From an uncultured Candidatus Binatia bacterium (GTDB lineage: Bacteria; Desulfobacterota; Binatia; UBA9968; CAXXLF01), in assembly GCA_965218425.1 (NCBI GenBank), contig OZ244621.1:3040001-3104000 (forward strand): a stretch of 64,000 nucleotides of DNA. Reading direction: 5' to 3'. Under the pieces are notes generated by a model that worked only from the letters and a program-made list of their open reading frames with translations, did no database searches and was not told where the DNA came from. Position 1 is the stretch's first letter. Each line of letters opens with the position of its first letter. A program made the position numbers and the translations under genes. This document shows positions 60,484 to 64,000 of the stretch, one piece after another.

Positions 60484-60935
60484 TGTCAGACTTGAGCGAA
60501 CTCTATCAGGAGGTCATACTCGATCATAATAAAAGCCCACGGAACTTTCGCGTCCTGAAGGATGCGAATCGAACAGCCGAGGGCTACAACCCCCTGTGTG
60601 GTGACCAAATTACCGTCTATCTCAAGTTGGAAGACGGTGTCATTAAGGAAATCAGTTTCCAGGGCGCTGGCTGTGCCATTTCCAAGGCTTCGGCTTCCAT
60701 GATGACCGCAAGCTTAAAGGGGAAAACGGAGGCAGAGGCGAAGGCTCTTTTCGACCGGGTTCATAGGATGCTTTTGGGGGAACTGGACGCGAAGAGCGAC
60801 GAACACAACCTTGGGAAATTGTCGCTCCTTTCTGGCGTGTGCCATTTTCCCGCTCGCGTGAAGTGCGCAAGCCTTTCTTGGCATACGCTTCAGGCGGCAT
60901 TGAAAGGGGAGGAAGAGTTAGCCACCACCGAGTGA
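60483..60935 (+). CDS. sufU: SufU (NifU-type) Fe-S assembly protein
   Basis: LYQEVILDH, NPLCGD, GCAISKASAS, ARVKCA. Confidence 0.95.
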   Translation: MSDLSELYQEVILDHNKSPRNFRVLKDANRTAEGYNPLCGDQITVYLKLEDGVIKEISFQGAGCAISKASASMMTASLKGKTEAEAKALFDRVHRMLLGELDAKSDEHNLGKLSLLSGVCHFPARVKCASLSWHTLQAALKGEEELATTE

Positions 60936-60985
60936 ATCGGGTGAAAATCATTCAATTCCAAATGAAATCCAGGGGAGACGAACAT

Positions 60986-61543
60986 ATGGAAAGCGGTGAT
61001 GCGATAACACTGAACCGCGAGTGCGAAGCCGTCATGATTCCCAGTGGCGAAAAGCTGTCGCTATCAGCAGGCAGCCGGGTATGGATTACTCAGTCTCTGG
61101 GTGGCGGTTTTACCGTGACCACGGATCGCGGACATATGGTGCGTATTGCTGCCAGGGACGCCGGTGTTCTGGGCATGGAAGTCCCGACCCGCGCAGGGGG
61201 TCGGTCTTCAGTGGCGACGGAGGGCCCCGTGGAAATTGAAAATAAAGTATGGGGTCAGCTTCGAATGTGCTTTGACCCGGAAATCCCGGTAAATATCGTC
61301 GATCTGGGGCTGGTTTATCATTGTGAGGTAACCCCCATAGCCAAGGGAGAGAGCAGGGTGGAGGTGAAATTTACCTTAACGGCTCAAGGGTGTGGTATGG
61401 GCGAGGTCTTGAAGGAAGATATAAGAAATAAAATCACGAGTGTGCCGGGGATCAGTGAAGTTGATGTGGAGCTGGTCTGGGACCCACCTTGGGACCAGAG
61501 CATGATATCCGGCGCGGCAAAGCAAAGGCTCGGAATGCTTTAG
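60986..61543 (+). CDS. sufT: Fe-S assembly protein SufT, long form (N-terminal extension plus DUF59)
   Basis: ITQSLGGGFTV, FDPEIPVNIVDLGLVY, TLTAQGCGMG, WDPPW; start at ATG 60986. Confidence 0.88.
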   Translation: MESGDAITLNRECEAVMIPSGEKLSLSAGSRVWITQSLGGGFTVTTDRGHMVRIAARDAGVLGMEVPTRAGGRSSVATEGPVEIENKVWGQLRMCFDPEIPVNIVDLGLVYHCEVTPIAKGESRVEVKFTLTAQGCGMGEVLKEDIRNKITSVPGISEVDVELVWDPPWDQSMISGAAKQRLGML

Positions 61544-61572
61544 TCGCATTTTTCATATAAGGAATCCATTAG

Positions 61573-61893
61573 ATGGAGAGCATCAATTCAACCGTTATCG
61601 AGGCCCAGGTGGTGGAGGCTCTGCAGACCTGTTTTGATCCCGAAATTCCAGTTGACATCTATGAGCTTGGATTGATTTATGGAATCGAAGTGGACCCTTC
61701 GGGCAGTGTCACCATTACCATGACCCTCACTTCACCCGCCTGTCCCGCAGCCCAGTCCATTCCTGAGGAGGTTGAGAGCAAGGTGCAGGCCATCCCAGGG
61801 GTTACCGATGTCCACGTGGTGATCGTTTGGGAGCCCACCTGGGATCCAAGCAAAATGTCCGAAGCTGCTAAGCTACAGCTCGGTATGCTATAA
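61573..61893 (+). CDS. DUF59 (SufT/PaaD-like) Fe-S assembly protein, short form
   Basis: DPEIPVDIYELGLIY, MTLTSPACP, WEPTW. Confidence 0.9.
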   Translation: MESINSTVIEAQVVEALQTCFDPEIPVDIYELGLIYGIEVDPSGSVTITMTLTSPACPAAQSIPEEVESKVQAIPGVTDVHVVIVWEPTWDPSKMSEAAKLQLGML

Positions 61894-61946
61894 GATCAGT
61901 GTTTCAGTTCAGCATGACTCGTTAATAAAGGAGGAGTAAGAAGTTT

Positions 61947-62255
61947 ATGGCTGGATTTGTGAAGGTTGCGAAGGCAGATGACGTCTCTCCTGGTAAGGGT
62001 AAGATGGTGGATGTTAACGGAAAAAAGATTGCTCTCTTTAACGTTGAAGGGGCCTTTTACGCCATCGACGATACGTGTACCCATCGAGGAGGCCCCCTTT
62101 CCCAGGGGTTGATGGAAGAAAAACAGGTGCGGTGCCCGTGGCACGGCGCACTTTTTGATGTGACCAACGGTGAAGCCGTAGGCGCTCCTGCACCGTCGGG
62201 AGTGGCGCGGTACAATGTTCGAGTGGAAGGTTCCGATATCGAAGTCGAGGTCTGA
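61947..62255 (+). CDS. Rieske-type ferredoxin (dioxygenase ferredoxin-like)
   Basis: DTCTHRGGPL...CPWHGALFD; AAGGAGG RBS. Confidence 0.93.
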   Translation: MAGFVKVAKADDVSPGKGKMVDVNGKKIALFNVEGAFYAIDDTCTHRGGPLSQGLMEEKQVRCPWHGALFDVTNGEAVGAPAPSGVARYNVRVEGSDIEVEV

Positions 62256-62658
62256 TGGGACTCCATTGGGCCCTGACTGCCCCCTGGCGATTCTTTTCCA
62301 ATCGTAGGATTCCCAGTTCCAATATCATTGCTCTGGCTCCTCATTAGTTTCCAGGGGAACTTGTAGTCTTTGTCCTAATGGTTGGTGTGTGTGTGAACGA
62401 CTTCAGCCGTTTGGGATCCCGAGTTCAGTTGCAGAGCCTTGTTTAAAAATTCGGAGTTGCTCTCCGGACACTGTGAAAGGACCATGGTCGCATCATCGTA
62501 TCCCGGCGGTCTCACCGAGTAGCGTGGAAGCTCTAAAACCACCCTCTAACCAATAAAAAGTTCGCCAGTTTGTAAAAGTTGTGGTATTTCTAGTAATTAA
62601 GACCTTTACGCCGGGAATTTCCATTTTCGGGTGAGTCTGATCACTTAAGGATGTCAAA

Positions 62659-64000
62659 ATGGAGGATGTGAACGAACAGGTCGAGGTTCGCCTCGGCAAG
62701 CTCAAGAAGCTGAAAGAAGCGGGAGAAAACCTCTACCCCAATGACTATCGGCCCAGTCACATTGCGTCACAAATTTTCTCTCAGTTTGCTTCTTATACCG
62801 AGGAGCAATTGGGAAAGCTTCCCGCGGACATTTCCCTGGGTGGGCGCATCGTGAGGATTCGATCCTTCGGCAGGGCATCATTCTTTCACCTCCAGGACCG
62901 TGGAGGAAAGATCCAGGTATACGTTCGACAAGATCGTTTGGGGAAAGACGGTTACAACCTTTTCAAGTCTTTGGACATCGGCGACATCGTAGGGGTGTCG
63001 GGCAACCTGTTTCGTACCAAGACGAAGGAATTGACCTTGGAAGCCCATGACCTTCGCCTTCTCTGTAAATGCCTTCGCCCTCTACCGGAGAAATGGCATG
63101 GGCTAGCGGATGTTGAGGTTCGTTACCGACAACGATACTTGGATCTAATCGTAAATCCCGATGCAAGGGAGGTGTTCCGGAGACGCTCTCAAATCATCCG
63201 TCTAATTCGCGCATTCTTCGAAGAGAGGGATTTCCTTGAGGTGGAGACGCCCATGATGCAGTCCATTGCTGGAGGGGCGGCTGCAAAACCGTTTAAAACC
63301 CACCATAACGCGCTCGACATTGACCTCTATCTTAGGGTTGCCCCCGAACTGTACTTGAAGCGCCTTTTGGTGGGAGGTCTAGAGCGGGTCTTTGAGGTTA
63401 ATAGAAACTTTCGTAACGAGGGGATTTCAGTGCGTCACAATCCCGAATTCACCATGGTGGAATTCTATCAAGCCTACGCAACTTTCGAGGACCTTATAAG
63501 CCTCACGGAAGAGATGTTTATGACACTGGCCGAAAAGGTCGTTGGCGGTACTAAAATTACTCACGGTGGTCATGAAATTGAACTGAAGCCGCCTTGGAGG
63601 CGTCTGTCCATCTTGGAAGGAATCGAGCAGTACGGGCAGGTTACCCGGGACAAAGTGGCGAATAAAAGTGATCTTCGCGGGTTTGCCGAAAAGCAGGGTT
63701 TCTCGCTGGATCCCGAGATGTCCTATGAGAAGACGCTGGTGGAGGTGTTCGAAAGGGTTGCGGAACCCCATCTCATTCAACCCACCTTCGTAGTGGATTT
63801 TCCCTTGGAGGTTTCTCCCCTGGCTAGAAAGAACGATAAAAATCCTAAGCTGGTGGACCGATTCGAACTGTACATAGGCGGAAGGGAGCTTGCCAACGCC
63901 TTTTCAGAGTTGAATGATCCCGTGGATCAAAAAGGGCGATTCCAAGAGCAGGTCAAGGCCCGCAGCGCGGGAGATGAGACTGCCAATGAGATGGATGAAG
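62659..64000 (+). CDS. lysS: Lysine--tRNA ligase (class II), runs off the window end
   Basis: Hand translation from ATG 62659: LPEKWHGL, RYRQRYLDL, EVETPMM, GGAAAKPF, LRVAPELYLKRL, NFRNEG, HNPEF, NAFSELNDP; missing from the ORF track because there is no stop in the window. Confidence 0.96.
   Translation, partial: MEDVNEQVEVRLGKLKKLKEAGENLYPNDYRPSHIASQIFSQFASYTEEQLGKLPADISLGGRIVRIRSFGRASFFHLQDRGGKIQVYVRQDRLGKDGYNLFKSLDIGDIVGVSGNLFRTKTKELTLEAHDLRLLCKCLRPLPEKWHGLADVEVRYRQRYLDLIVNPDAREVFRRRSQIIRLIRAFFEERDFLEVETPMMQSIAGGAAAKPFKTHHNALDIDLYLRVAPELYLKRLLVGGLERVFEVNRNFRNEGISVRHNPEFTMVEFYQAYATFEDLISLTEEMFMTLAEKVVGGTKITHGGHEIELKPPWRRLSILEGIEQYGQVTRDKVANKSDLRGFAEKQGFSLDPEMSYEKTLVEVFERVAEPHLIQPTFVVDFPLEVSPLARKNDKNPKLVDRFELYIGGRELANAFSELNDPVDQKGRFQEQVKARSAGDETANEMDE

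Noticed and set aside
62256..62658. Lysine riboswitch or T-box upstream of lysS
   Set aside because: No conserved riboswitch or T-box motif was recognisable by eye

Overview
Bacterial chromosomal window of moderate GC. Gene content suggests an uncultured Deltaproteobacteria/Binatia-like organism; this is an inference only. Positions 1-38 kb are a dense accessory catabolic region aimed at aromatic or heteroaromatic acids. It holds a NahE/PhdJ-like hydratase-aldolase, three UbiD decarboxylases, a phthalate-4,5-dioxygenase-like Rieske oxygenase with a dihydrodiol dehydrogenase, an alpha/beta ring-hydroxylating dioxygenase, a three-subunit xanthine-oxidase-family molybdoenzyme, a class III CoA-transferase pair, a thiolase-like/DUF35 pair, cupins and ABC transporters. 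Its most striking element is a family of four heme-oxygenase-like (PqqC/CADD/TenA superfamily) paralogs: three keep a full predicted diiron ligand set and one has lost most ligands. Positions 38-64 kb are mostly core genes: uvrB, uvrC, comEC, hisS, aspS, def, an Rrf2 regulator with an orphan nuoB and the suf operon, and a partial lysS. A patch of decay at about 45.9-50.4 kb contains a dead IS3 element, a truncated deiodinase-like gene and a truncated MetE-like gene. Non-coding structure includes a 172-bp MITE with a 9-bp target duplication and an intergenic cluster of nested short repeats. No rRNA, tRNA or CRISPR array was recognised. All assignments come from motif recognition by eye; no searches were run.
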